A stretch of DNA of 64,000 bases from Desulfatiglandales bacterium (GTDB taxonomy: Bacteria; Desulfobacterota; DSM-4660; Desulfatiglandales; Desulfatiglandaceae). The notes beneath the pieces are model-generated. The model ran no database searches. It worked only from the letters and a program-made list of their open reading frames with translations, and was not told where the DNA came from. Made by a program: the position numbers and the translations under genes. Every line of letters starts with the position of its first letter. Positions within the stretch are counted from its first letter, which is position 1. Positions 47,151 to 56,678 of this stretch are shown here, piece after piece. The stretch lies in the NCBI GenBank assembly GCA_963666345.1, contig OY762721.1, positions 3,648,001 to 3,712,000 of the forward strand, given 5' to 3'.

Positions 47151-47760
47151 TAACCCCTTAATCCACCAGTTTTACTGGTGGGTCCCAGCTATGCTAAGCG
47201 GGTAGCGTGGTGGTGACAAAAAAAGAATACCTCCATAATATCGGGGTAGGTGACCCTGAAGATAAAAGGAGGTATTCAATGAATGATTTTAGAAAATTAG
47301 CACATGCGATCTGGGATTGCAAATACCACATAGTTTGGTGCCCGAAATATCGATTCAGGATTCTGAAAGGTGCAGTAAGAAAATCAGTCTGTGAAATTAT
47401 AAAGCAGCTGTGCGAATGGAAGAAGCTTGAAATTCTGGAAATGAATGTCCAGAAAGACCATGTGCATCTTGTGATATCAATACCACCGAAGTTATCGGTT
47501 TCGGAAGTAACAGGTTTTTTGAAAGGCAAATGCGCCATAAAGATCTTTGATAGGCATCTGGAGTTGAAAAGGCGGTACTGGGGAAGGCATTTTTGGGCGA
47601 AGGGATACTGTGTCAGTACCATAGGACTGGATGAGGAGAAGATCAGAAAGTATGTCAAATGGCAGTTGGAAAAAGATAAGCGCATGTAATTGCCTAGTAT
47701 AAGGATGTAAATGTTACCCTTTTAGGGTCACCTTTTAGTCCACCCCTTTTAGGGGTGGTT
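47151..47760 (+). mobile_element. IS200-type insertion sequence (tnpA only)
   Basis: Subterminal hairpins CCACCAG-TTTA-CTGGTGG and CCACCCCT-TTT-AGGGGTGG; GTTAAA on both flanks. Confidence 0.88.
47279..47689 (+). CDS. tnpA: IS200/IS605 Y1 transposase
   Basis: CKYHIVWCPKYR, DHVHL, LKGK, FWAKGY, IRKYV. Confidence 0.95.
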   Translation: MNDFRKLAHAIWDCKYHIVWCPKYRFRILKGAVRKSVCEIIKQLCEWKKLEILEMNVQKDHVHLVISIPPKLSVSEVTGFLKGKCAIKIFDRHLELKRRYWGRHFWAKGYCVSTIGLDEEKIRKYVKWQLEKDKRM

Positions 47761-47990
47761 GTTAAATCCAACAACTTTCGTGTTTATACTCCTCTTTTCG
47801 TGATTATTTTCATGGGTCAATTAATAGGTCTGAAAAAGCTATTCTTTCAAGGATAATCAATTTTTTTTGGAAAACAAATTTTGACACTGCTTACATATAT
47901 TCAAAATAAAAATTTTCTGATATTTTATATAGATAAGTTACGAGATCAAGAAAGGCAGAATCGATTCTGGCGCCGATAAAGGAGTAAATC

Positions 47991-48830
47991 GTGTTGAATA
48001 GTAGCTTCTCACATATCCCTTCCGTGGGGAAAGTGACTGAAAGGAAAATATGGGGCAGTGGGGTAAGAACAATGGATGATTTTCTGAAATCCCCTCCAGA
48101 ATGTTTTCCATTGAAGAAACAAAAGAAAATCGTGCGCCATATTCATTTATCAAAAGAAAAAATACGAACCAAAGATGCACGCTATTTTTATGATAATTTG
48201 CCGTCAAAAGAGCATTGGCGACTTTTCAAGGAATATCAAGACGCAACCGCCTACATCGATATTGAAACAACGGGGCTGGGCGCAACGGAAGATATAATCA
48301 CAACGATTGCACTCTATGATGGAAGGAATATCAAATACTACATAAACGGGAAGAATTTAGATGATTTCAAAAAGGACATTAAAAAATACAAAGTGATAGT
48401 TACATACAATGGGAAAACATTCGATGTCCCATTTATCAGAAGCTTTTTTGGAATCAATATGCCCCATGCCCACCTTGATTTAAGATATATTCTGCATAGC
48501 CTTGGTTATTCAGGGGGGCTGAAATCATGTGAAAGGCAGTTTGGGATTGGAAGAACCGGCAGCCTTGCAGATGTTGACGGCTTTTTTGCTGTCTTATTGT
48601 GGGATGATTATAAGAGCAAAGGAAATAATAAATCACTGGAAACCCTTCTTTCATACAATATCGAGGATGTTTTAAATCTCGAATACCTGATGATAGAAGC
48701 ATACAACCGCAAGCTAAAAGATATTCCCTTTAAATTAGAGTGCCTTGGTAATAGAGCAAAACCTGAAAATCCATTTGAAATAAATGCTTCTATTGTTCAG
48801 CGAATAAAGAATCGATATTACCCATACTAA
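47991..48830 (+). CDS. RNase H-like (YprB-type) exonuclease
   Basis: YIDIETTG, TYNGKTFDVPF, GGLK..E, YNIEDV. Confidence 0.88.
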   Translation: MLNSSFSHIPSVGKVTERKIWGSGVRTMDDFLKSPPECFPLKKQKKIVRHIHLSKEKIRTKDARYFYDNLPSKEHWRLFKEYQDATAYIDIETTGLGATEDIITTIALYDGRNIKYYINGKNLDDFKKDIKKYKVIVTYNGKTFDVPFIRSFFGINMPHAHLDLRYILHSLGYSGGLKSCERQFGIGRTGSLADVDGFFAVLLWDDYKSKGNNKSLETLLSYNIEDVLNLEYLMIEAYNRKLKDIPFKLECLGNRAKPENPFEINASIVQRIKNRYYPY

Positions 48831-48883
48831 GTATTGGATAAAGGACATATGGCGGATTGTAGGAATAGGGAGAGGAGAAAAAA

Positions 48884-49216
48884 ATGAAAACCTTTGCCCA
48901 TAAGGCGTACGATCTTTTAAGGAAGGTGCCTGACGGACGCGTAACGATCTATAAAGAAATTGCCCATGCCATGGGAACCAGAGCATATCAGGTGCTCGGG
49001 CAGGCCATGTGAAAGAACCCCTATGCGCCCGAGGTTCCCTGACACCGGGTTGTTGCCACATCCGGTCGGATTGGGGGATTTCAAGGAAAGACATCGGGGA
49101 CTGCTATAGAGAATAAAAAAATGGAATACCGGCGAAAGGCATTATCAAAGCTTCCTCAATATGTGTCACATATGATTGCTCACGGAAATGCGGAAAGGCT
49201 GTGGAATTTGAAGTAA
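48884..49216 (+). pseudogene. Decayed MGMT/Ogt methylated-DNA cysteine methyltransferase with TGA at the catalytic Cys
   Basis: MKTFAHKAYDLLRKVPDGRVTIYKEIAHAMG..GQAM*KNPYAPEVP*HRVV. TGA at 49010 and 49040; the normal C-terminus is replaced. Confidence 0.8.
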
Positions 49217-49372
49217 ATCGTTACAAAAGGGTCAACTCCGCCCCAGACGCCATGTATAATGGCTTCAAGCAGACTTTTTTTCTGGAAAAGGCGTAAAAAA
49301 AGCAGGAGAGGTAAATCAGGATCAGATTCATCAGAGTAACTCTTTAATATATAAATAATTTTAGAGGCATGC

Positions 49373-50371
49373 ATGGACTGGAATAAGAGAACTCTTTTTG
49401 AGACATCCGGCAGTTACTGGAAGTCCTGTACACTTCATACCGGTGTTAAACTCGATATCTTTACAATTATCGGAGCCGGCAATAAATCTTCAGCGAAGAT
49501 CGCTGAAAAGATCAAGGGCGATCTGCGCGGGGTATCGGCATTGCTGAATGCCCTCACGGCAATGGAGCTGCTCAAAAAAAATAAAGGCGGATTTTCCAAC
49601 ACAGAGTTTTCAAAACAATTTCTTTCAAAAGACTCTCCCGATTATACTGGATTCATTATTATGCATCATCATCACTTGGTGGCGTCCTGGGCTGAGATGT
49701 CCGAGTCCGTATTAAGCGGGAATCCAAATCGCTCAAGTATGTCCGATACGGATAAAGAGATCGAGCGTGAAAGCTTTTTGATGGGGATGTTTAATATAGC
49801 CAGTGGAAACGCCCCGATCTATTCCGAAATCATAGATTTGAGTGATCGAACACACCTGCTTGATCTGGGGGGCGGGCCTGGAACATACGCCATCCATTTC
49901 TGCCTGAAGAACCCAGGATTAAAGGCAACGGTCTTTGATTATCACACTACCAGGAAATTCGCTGAAAAAACCATCGCCTGTTTTGATCTTTCAGGAAGAA
50001 TCCGATTTAAAGAGGGAAGTTATCTGGATGAAAACAGTGATCTTGGACAGGGATATGATGCGGTATGGCTTTCTCAAATTCTGCACGGAGAAGGGCCGGA
50101 GGATGCGGAAGCAATCGTGGCCAAAGCCGTTAAAGCACTTAAACCGGGCGGGAAGATCCTCATACATGATTTCATACTTGATAACACAATGGACGGCCCA
50201 TTGTTTCCGGCACTGTTTGCCCTGAACATGCTGATTGGTACCGATAAGGGACAGGCCTATTCAGAAGCTCAGCTGCGAAAAATGCTCGAAAGATGCGGCA
50301 TCTCGAATATTCACAGGCTTGATATAAGTTCTCCTAATGATGCCGGGATAATGAGCGGGGTCAAGCCGTGA
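49373..50371 (+). CDS. O-methyltransferase (dimerisation domain + Methyltransf_2)
   Basis: GVKLDIFT, LLDLGGGPG, LSQILH, LKPGG..IHDF. Confidence 0.9.
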   Translation: MDWNKRTLFETSGSYWKSCTLHTGVKLDIFTIIGAGNKSSAKIAEKIKGDLRGVSALLNALTAMELLKKNKGGFSNTEFSKQFLSKDSPDYTGFIIMHHHHLVASWAEMSESVLSGNPNRSSMSDTDKEIERESFLMGMFNIASGNAPIYSEIIDLSDRTHLLDLGGGPGTYAIHFCLKNPGLKATVFDYHTTRKFAEKTIACFDLSGRIRFKEGSYLDENSDLGQGYDAVWLSQILHGEGPEDAEAIVAKAVKALKPGGKILIHDFILDNTMDGPLFPALFALNMLIGTDKGQAYSEAQLRKMLERCGISNIHRLDISSPNDAGIMSGVKP

Positions 50372-50543
50372 GAACATTGTAAAATTGGGCGCGGTGTTGT
50401 AATAGGGAGAGGGGACATGCCTTGAAACCTGAATGGGGGATCGAATTGTAAAAACAGGCCCTGTTATTGTAATCCAATCACGGAAAACGGTCGCGGTAAT
50501 AAATCCGCGCCCCTCAGCTAAGCCGTTCGGCTAGGAGAATAAT

Positions 50544-51878
50544 ATGAAATCCCGGTACCCTGTATTCGGCCTCCTGATTTTCATTATAACAGGATGTGGC
50601 GGCATAAATTATTCTGAGCAACCAGGCGAGATAGTTGAGCTCTCCCAATATCGTCAAGGAATTTCAAGCACCAGGGTGCTCGCTAAAGCGGAAGAATGGC
50701 GAAATTCCGGGATCAAGGTAATGAAAGGCTCTTCGTACCGAATAACGGCAAAAGGAAAGTGGAAGGGAGGTGCAGCGTGTAACTGGACAGGCCCGGACGG
50801 GGTAGGTGCCCATACTCTTATCTGTCCCAAGAGTTTCCCTGTTGTTGAAGGCTGGACAATGTCAACGCTTATTGCCAAAGTAGGCGAAGATGGTGCACCC
50901 TTTGCCATCGGCGACGAATATATCCTTGAACCCAAAAAAGATGGTGCCCTCCTTTTTCGTATTAATGAATTGTCACGTTTTTGTTATGATAATGAAGGTT
51001 ACATGACGGCTACGACTTCTATGATAGAATATTCAGATTTGCCTCTTCAAAAACAGAATCAAAATTTATCGTCAAATGCGGCAAATAACTGGGCTGTTAT
51101 TATCGGTATTTCCAAATATGAACATTCCGGCGACAATGGCCTGACCGACCTCATTTTCGCGGACGATGACGCAAAGGCCTTTGCCGGTTCTCTCCGTAAT
51201 CTCGGCTGGAATGAAAGCCATATCAAACTTCTGACAAACAAAGAAGCAACCCAAAGAAACATAATGATAGCCCTTGAATCATGGCTGTCAAAAGCCGGAC
51301 CTGATGACCAGATAGTCCTTTTCTGGGCCGGTCACGGCTTTCCTGATCCGGAAGATCCCGAGAAAGTATATTTTGCCTGTTATGATACGGATATGAAAAT
51401 TCCAGCAACCGGTTACCGAATGGATCAGGTAAGAAGAGCACTGGAAGAGAGAAAATCAAAGAATGTCGTCTTGCTTGCCGACACCTGCCACGCCGGGAAA
51501 CTAATCACAAGGGGAGATCAAAGTCGAGGAATATCAATCGTGCCGAATATCAACAAGATGGCCCGTGAACAAAAGATCCCCAAAGGCTGGGTATTCATGG
51601 TAGGTGCCGACACCGACCGGCAGTCAATTGAACACTCATCGTGGGCAAATGGTGCCTTTACTCACTCTCTCATCAAAGGTCTGAACGGTGAAGCAGACGG
51701 TTATCAAAGCATGGGGCCGAAAGACAGTGTTGTTACAATGGGAGAGCTTCGTGCCTATATGAACACCGCAATGCCGGACGAAACACAAAAAGTGCTTGGT
51801 GTGGCCAAACGGCCTGTGATTACCACCAGCACAGGCGATCCGGACATATGGAATCTTACTTTACAAGTGGCGCAATAA
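50544..51878 (+). CDS. Lipoprotein with a lectin-like N-domain and a caspase (peptidase C14) domain
   Basis: Lipobox ITGC; WAVIIGISKY, FWAGHG (catalytic His), ADTCHAG (catalytic Cys). Confidence 0.85.
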   Translation: MKSRYPVFGLLIFIITGCGGINYSEQPGEIVELSQYRQGISSTRVLAKAEEWRNSGIKVMKGSSYRITAKGKWKGGAACNWTGPDGVGAHTLICPKSFPVVEGWTMSTLIAKVGEDGAPFAIGDEYILEPKKDGALLFRINELSRFCYDNEGYMTATTSMIEYSDLPLQKQNQNLSSNAANNWAVIIGISKYEHSGDNGLTDLIFADDDAKAFAGSLRNLGWNESHIKLLTNKEATQRNIMIALESWLSKAGPDDQIVLFWAGHGFPDPEDPEKVYFACYDTDMKIPATGYRMDQVRRALEERKSKNVVLLADTCHAGKLITRGDQSRGISIVPNINKMAREQKIPKGWVFMVGADTDRQSIEHSSWANGAFTHSLIKGLNGEADGYQSMGPKDSVVTMGELRAYMNTAMPDETQKVLGVAKRPVITTSTGDPDIWNLTLQVAQ

Positions 51879-51975
51879 AACCAACGGATTTCTTCATGTG
51901 GCCCTGTTTAACACCAACAAATCGGGAGATGATCCCTTAATTTAAATCTATTTAGCCTATGGAGTCACAAAGATT

Positions 51976-52731
51976 ATGACAGCCAAAATGATAGAAGATG
52001 CGTTTGTTGAAAAAAAACCGCTCCCTCTTGCCTCACAAGGCATAAAGGGGCTTACCCTTGAGCAGGCATACGGGGTCCAGGACGAACTTATCCGGCTTAG
52101 ACAAGGCAAGGGCGAAATTGTCATGGGGTACAAGGCGGGCCTTACCACTACCCCTGCGCAGAAGAAGTTCGGGATAAATGAGGCGGTCCGGGGAACCCTT
52201 TTTGAGTCGATGATCAGGCAGCCCGGAACGGTTTACAAAAGGGACTTCTCCCGCATGTTTATTGAAACAGAGATAGGCTTCCGGTTTGAAAAGGAGGTCA
52301 CCGAGCCGGTTAAGGATATTAAATCACTCAAAAGCGCGGTTGTTTCTGTTTTCCCGGCCATAGAGCTTCCGGATCTGTCCTACACGGACATGAATCTGGC
52401 CAAGGGCTGCGACATTATCGCAAGCAATGTGGCGGCGCGCACTGTGCTGATCGGTAAGGAGGTGGCGAAAGGGGCAAAAGAGCTTAATGAAGTAAACGTA
52501 ACACTCTTTCATAACGGCAGGGAGGTCGGAAGCGGCATAGGCTCAAACGCCCTGGGTGATCAATGGGGCGCGCTTAAATGGACGGTTAACTCGGCGGTTT
52601 CAGGGGGTGGAAAGATCAAAAGCGGCTATATCGTCATTACAGGTTCTCTTACCCAGCCTATGCCGGCCGAAGCAGGCATGTATCTGGCCGATTACGGGGA
52701 TTTCGGCACCATAGAGTTTGAATTCAAATAA
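51976..52731 (+). CDS. 2-keto-4-pentenoate hydratase-like (FAA hydrolase family)
   Basis: AYGVQ, GYKAGLT, IETEIGF, PAIEL, VITGS. Confidence 0.85.
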   Translation: MTAKMIEDAFVEKKPLPLASQGIKGLTLEQAYGVQDELIRLRQGKGEIVMGYKAGLTTTPAQKKFGINEAVRGTLFESMIRQPGTVYKRDFSRMFIETEIGFRFEKEVTEPVKDIKSLKSAVVSVFPAIELPDLSYTDMNLAKGCDIIASNVAARTVLIGKEVAKGAKELNEVNVTLFHNGREVGSGIGSNALGDQWGALKWTVNSAVSGGGKIKSGYIVITGSLTQPMPAEAGMYLADYGDFGTIEFEFK

Positions 52732-52893
52732 GAGGATCAGACCTCTTCCTGGAAGATATAACGGCCTGATTTAGTGTTTGTACTGCAACTCCCATGGAGG
52801 CGGCCTGTGAGTATAGAGCGGCATAAGGCCTGAAACATGCCTTATGCCGCTGATTGCAGGTTAAACCCCATGATCCGGTGTGACAGGAGGGTG

Positions 52894-53595
52894 CTATCCT
52901 GCCAGAAGATCGGCCAGCTCCGTGAAGTCCTTTACCGTGGCATCCGGTTTGAGCGGCGAGGGCTCGTAGGGCAATCCGGAGCGGTTCACGTACACGGCCC
53001 TGAATCCGCAATGACGGGCCCCAAGTACGTCGAAGGAATTGGAGGAGATCATGCAGCAATTCGCAGGTTCAAGGTCCATCTCCTTCATTGCTGCGCGATA
53101 GACCGAAGGGTGAGGCTTGAAACGGCCCACCTTGGTTACGGAAAATATATAATCGAAATCCCACTGTATCCGGCTTTTGGCCAGGTGTTCGAGAAACGCG
53201 GGATCTCCGTTTGATAGTGCCATGAGCGTGAATTTCCCGGCAAGACGCGGGAGCGCTTCCTTTACCTCGGGGAAGGGGGAAAGCTGCTGCCATGCGGCCA
53301 TCAGTTCGTCGATTTCTTCCGTGGATGAATCAATCGCTTCAAGCGCGAGCGTGTATTCAAGCGCCCTGCGGGAGGTGGCCAGATAGCCGCTGTGACCTAC
53401 CATGAACATGCTGTCCTGGTACTGTTCCAGTCGCTGTCTTGCTCGCCATTTGCCCCAGAATTGATCGGGTGTGAGCGGACTGCCCTTTTTTTTGAGGACT
53501 GCTCCGATTGCAGGGGCGAGACTTCCCCCCAGGTCCAGTACGGTCCCGAAAAGATCAAAGGTAAGTGCCTTTACGTCCTTCGTAAAACTATCCAC
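52894..53595 (-). CDS. Haloacid dehalogenase type II (HAD)
   Basis: FDLFGTVLD, W..RQ.LE, LSNG, FKPHP.VY, SSNSFDV.GA. Confidence 0.9.
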   Translation of the reverse strand: MDSFTKDVKALTFDLFGTVLDLGGSLAPAIGAVLKKKGSPLTPDQFWGKWRARQRLEQYQDSMFMVGHSGYLATSRRALEYTLALEAIDSSTEEIDELMAAWQQLSPFPEVKEALPRLAGKFTLMALSNGDPAFLEHLAKSRIQWDFDYIFSVTKVGRFKPHPSVYRAAMKEMDLEPANCCMISSNSFDVLGARHCGFRAVYVNRSGLPYEPSPLKPDATVKDFTELADLLAG

Positions 53596-53631
53596 AATTC
53601 ACTCCTTAAACAAGTAGGTTAGAGAACTTCT

Positions 53632-55038
53632 TTACCTTTTAACATCAAATAAAGGTACGATAATATTATAATATGGTATCTCTCCTCCTGCATCCTCTTC
53701 CAGAATCTTCCAGAATTTATCAATCAGGGCAGGATTTGATTCGGCTATGTTATTATTATAATCGGGATCCACTGCCAGGTCGTACAACTCTGTTTCAGTC
53801 CTGTTTATTCGTGAGACCATTGCATGATGTTCATCACGGATCCACACATAGTCCTTAAAGATCGTATCTACGTGATCACGGATACCCGAGCGACTGCCTT
53901 CCACCAACGGCCAGAGGTCTTCACCCTCCGCCCACGGGGGTACATCCTCTCCCAGTAGATTACATACCGTGGGAAGGATATCATGGTTATAGACAAATTC
54001 ATCCACCGAGTGGCCTGCACCTTTACCTTCCGGATGCCTGATAAAGAGGGCAAGGTCCAGTATGCAAGGCATGAGTCCGAAGGCGAGTTTTCCTGTGAAA
54101 TCCTTTTCTCCAAGCTGATGCCCATGGTCAGACATCACGACGATAACGCTGTTTTTATCAAGTCCCAGCTGTATAATCTTATTCATAAAGTGACCAAACC
54201 AGAAGTCAACCATGGTCACCTCACCTGCATAAAGCGCCCTCATATGTGCAAGTTCCTCCTTGCTAAGATAGCTGGAGGCACGATTTGTATAGATCGGAAT
54301 CAGCGCTTCAGTTCCCTCATAGCCAGGGTCGTACATATCTCGGTAGTATTGAGGAGGGTCCCATGGCTCGTGTGGATCAAAGCAGTCAACACACATGAAA
54401 AAATTGTCTCTTTTATAGTTCTGCTCCAGCCATGACATTGCAGCTCTGAATACCCTAGGTGCGAAATAATCCTCTTCCGATTGGCGTGAATCCACATTCA
54501 GAAGATATCTCTGAAGTTCCCAAATTTTTTGATGGCTCCTATCTACCCCTTCGGTGCAGTGCAAGGTTTCATCAACTTGATGCTGGATAAGCCCGGTCAT
54601 AACTGGGTCCCACTCCTGACCTCTTATCCAGTTCCAGGAGGAATAACCTCTATGAAAATTCATTCCAGGATAAAATTGATGAAATACATCGGTAAAAAGA
54701 GCTGTTTCATAGCCGTATGATCCAAACAATTCGGCCATGGAGGTATCCTCAGGAAGCAAAGGAGTCCACCCTGGAACACCGGCCAGACCTATCGTGTTAA
54801 GCTTAGTATATGGATAACTACTAAACATTGGTTCCCAATCCCTAATTGGGAAGACGCGTTTGCCGGTCAGAAGAGACCGTCGAAAAGGTATCGTTGGCAT
54901 AATTTCCGGGTACGCTCTGTCGAATCGTACACTTTCCTGTGCGAAATTGTCCAAAAAAGGAGTCCTTATCCATTGGTTTCCATACGCTCCAAGGTGATCT
55001 TTTCTTAGGCTGTCAATAATGACTAGAATGAAATTCAT
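53632..55038 (-). CDS. Sulfatase-like hydrolase with Thr at the nucleophile position
   Basis: IIDSLRKDH, TPFLD, TIPFRRSLLTG, FDPHEPWDPP, SDHG. Confidence 0.85.
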   Translation of the reverse strand: MNFILVIIDSLRKDHLGAYGNQWIRTPFLDNFAQESVRFDRAYPEIMPTIPFRRSLLTGKRVFPIRDWEPMFSSYPYTKLNTIGLAGVPGWTPLLPEDTSMAELFGSYGYETALFTDVFHQFYPGMNFHRGYSSWNWIRGQEWDPVMTGLIQHQVDETLHCTEGVDRSHQKIWELQRYLLNVDSRQSEEDYFAPRVFRAAMSWLEQNYKRDNFFMCVDCFDPHEPWDPPQYYRDMYDPGYEGTEALIPIYTNRASSYLSKEELAHMRALYAGEVTMVDFWFGHFMNKIIQLGLDKNSVIVVMSDHGHQLGEKDFTGKLAFGLMPCILDLALFIRHPEGKGAGHSVDEFVYNHDILPTVCNLLGEDVPPWAEGEDLWPLVEGSRSGIRDHVDTIFKDYVWIRDEHHAMVSRINRTETELYDLAVDPDYNNNIAESNPALIDKFWKILEEDAGGEIPYYNIIVPLFDVKR

Positions 55039-55115
55039 CTATTTCCTCCGGTGAATTTTTTTGGAATTGCGATCATAAGATAGAAAACTTGTATGCCAGT
55101 CAAATTTATACCATT

Positions 55116-56648
55116 TTAATTCTTATCGGAAGTGGTTACGTCGACATCGCATTCCTGAGGTGACTTCAGTTTCTGAAAGCTCCTTATAGAGGTGAATATC
55201 ACAGCGGCAAGTAGGAAAAACAGGACAACGGATATAGGCCTTGCTATAACGTAGGTTAGAAGACTGATTTCCCTTGCATGCGTAATTACCAGGGTCTGTC
55301 TGAGACCCTCCTCTCCGATAGGTCCCAGTATTATGCCAAGAACAATAGGTGCCACCGGCATATTCAACCATTTCAGAGCAACTCCAAGTATTCCAAAACA
55401 TACAGCGAGCAAAATATCAAAAGAACTGTTTCTAATGGAATAGGCTCCCATGAAGCATAGAAGCAAGACAATAGGTACAAGATACTTGAAGTTCAGCTTC
55501 ATAACTTTTGAAAAATATTCTGCCCCAAGAGCCCCAATTATTCCCATGAATATAACAGTGAGAAGCATGCCGAACATAAAGTTGTAAACCACATCAGGAT
55601 TCGACATGAAAAGACGGGGTCCGGGTATAAGTCCATGGATGGTAAGGGCTCCGTATAAAATGGCAGTTGTACATGACCCTGGAATCCCCAGAGCCAGTAG
55701 GGGCACTAGTGCTCCTCCTACCGATGCGTTATTAGCACTTTCAGCGGCAATGATCCCCTCAGGGTTCCCTTTCCCGAACAGTTCAGGGTGGCTTGAGCTT
55801 CGCTTCGCTTCACCGTATGCTATAAAGGAGGCCACTGCGGCACCTGCCCCAGGCATGATACCGATTATTGTACCGAGCGCAGAAGTTTTCGCCAGGAGAA
55901 CAGCCCCTTTGCGAAAAATATCTCTTATGACCCTAGCAAGGGACGTGCGCTTCATTGGGACTTCGACAAGAGACATGCCGTGGGTGCGCATGGACTGGCT
56001 TATCATCTCGCTTATGGCAAATAGACCAACGAGAGCAGGGATAAGAGGTATACCTGATTCGAGGTTTTCAATTCCGAAGGTAAGTCTGACATCACCGGTC
56101 ATGATGTCCGGGCCAACCATACTTATTAGAACTCCCAGCGCACCTGCGGCAATTCCCTTGAACATATTTTCACCGGCGAGTACGCCTATAATTGCCAGTC
56201 CCGCTGCTGCAAGAAGAAACATTTCAGGCGGGCCGAACTTGAGAGCGAACCTTGCCAGCATGGGAGCGAACAGGATGAGAGTCACTACCCCTATTACGCC
56301 ACCAAAAACGCTTGATACAAGTGATACATAAAGAGCCTCTTTACTTCTTCCCTGTTGAGCAAGAGGGAATCCGTCCAGTGCAGTTGCCGCAGCGTAGGAC
56401 GTCCCCGGCGCATTAAGGAGAATGGCCGATACAGACCCACCGAAGGAGGATCCCATGTAAATGCCCCCAAGCATGAGAAGCCCCCCGGCTGGGTCCAGGT
56501 TAAAAGTAAAGGGCAACAGAAGTGCGACCCCAGTGGGCCCGCTGAGTCCGGGAAGAATTCCGATAAAAACGCCTCCAAGAGTCCCCAAAAAGATGAGGAT
56601 TAATTCTCGAACCCCTAACACATAGGATAAAATACCAAGGATATCCAT
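55116..56648 (-). CDS. tctA: Tripartite tricarboxylate transporter large subunit
   Basis: GILPGL, PGT..AATALDGFPLA, ESANNA..GALVPLLALGIPG. Confidence 0.94.
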   Translation of the reverse strand: MDILGILSYVLGVRELILIFLGTLGGVFIGILPGLSGPTGVALLLPFTFNLDPAGGLLMLGGIYMGSSFGGSVSAILLNAPGTSYAAATALDGFPLAQQGRSKEALYVSLVSSVFGGVIGVVTLILFAPMLARFALKFGPPEMFLLAAAGLAIIGVLAGENMFKGIAAGALGVLISMVGPDIMTGDVRLTFGIENLESGIPLIPALVGLFAISEMISQSMRTHGMSLVEVPMKRTSLARVIRDIFRKGAVLLAKTSALGTIIGIMPGAGAAVASFIAYGEAKRSSSHPELFGKGNPEGIIAAESANNASVGGALVPLLALGIPGSCTTAILYGALTIHGLIPGPRLFMSNPDVVYNFMFGMLLTVIFMGIIGALGAEYFSKVMKLNFKYLVPIVLLLCFMGAYSIRNSSFDILLAVCFGILGVALKWLNMPVAPIVLGIILGPIGEEGLRQTLVITHAREISLLTYVIARPISVVLFFLLAAVIFTSIRSFQKLKSPQECDVDVTTSDKN

Positions 56649-56678
56649 ACTGATTGCCCCTTGAAAATTAATTACAGC

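Larger units (their letters stand above)
46530..47781 (-). pseudogene. Iron-sulfur flavoprotein / NADPH-dependent FMN reductase interrupted by IS200
   Basis: 5' piece (ACG)KVVGFN at 47781-47761 with RBS GAGGAG. 3' piece FNGSPRKKGNT..CIACHGC..GSPVHF at 47150-46530. Confidence 0.88.

Noticed and set aside
55606..56331. 241-aa plus-strand ORF (and similar shadows at 29443-30138 and 31014-31715)
   Set aside because: Antisense to well-supported genes.
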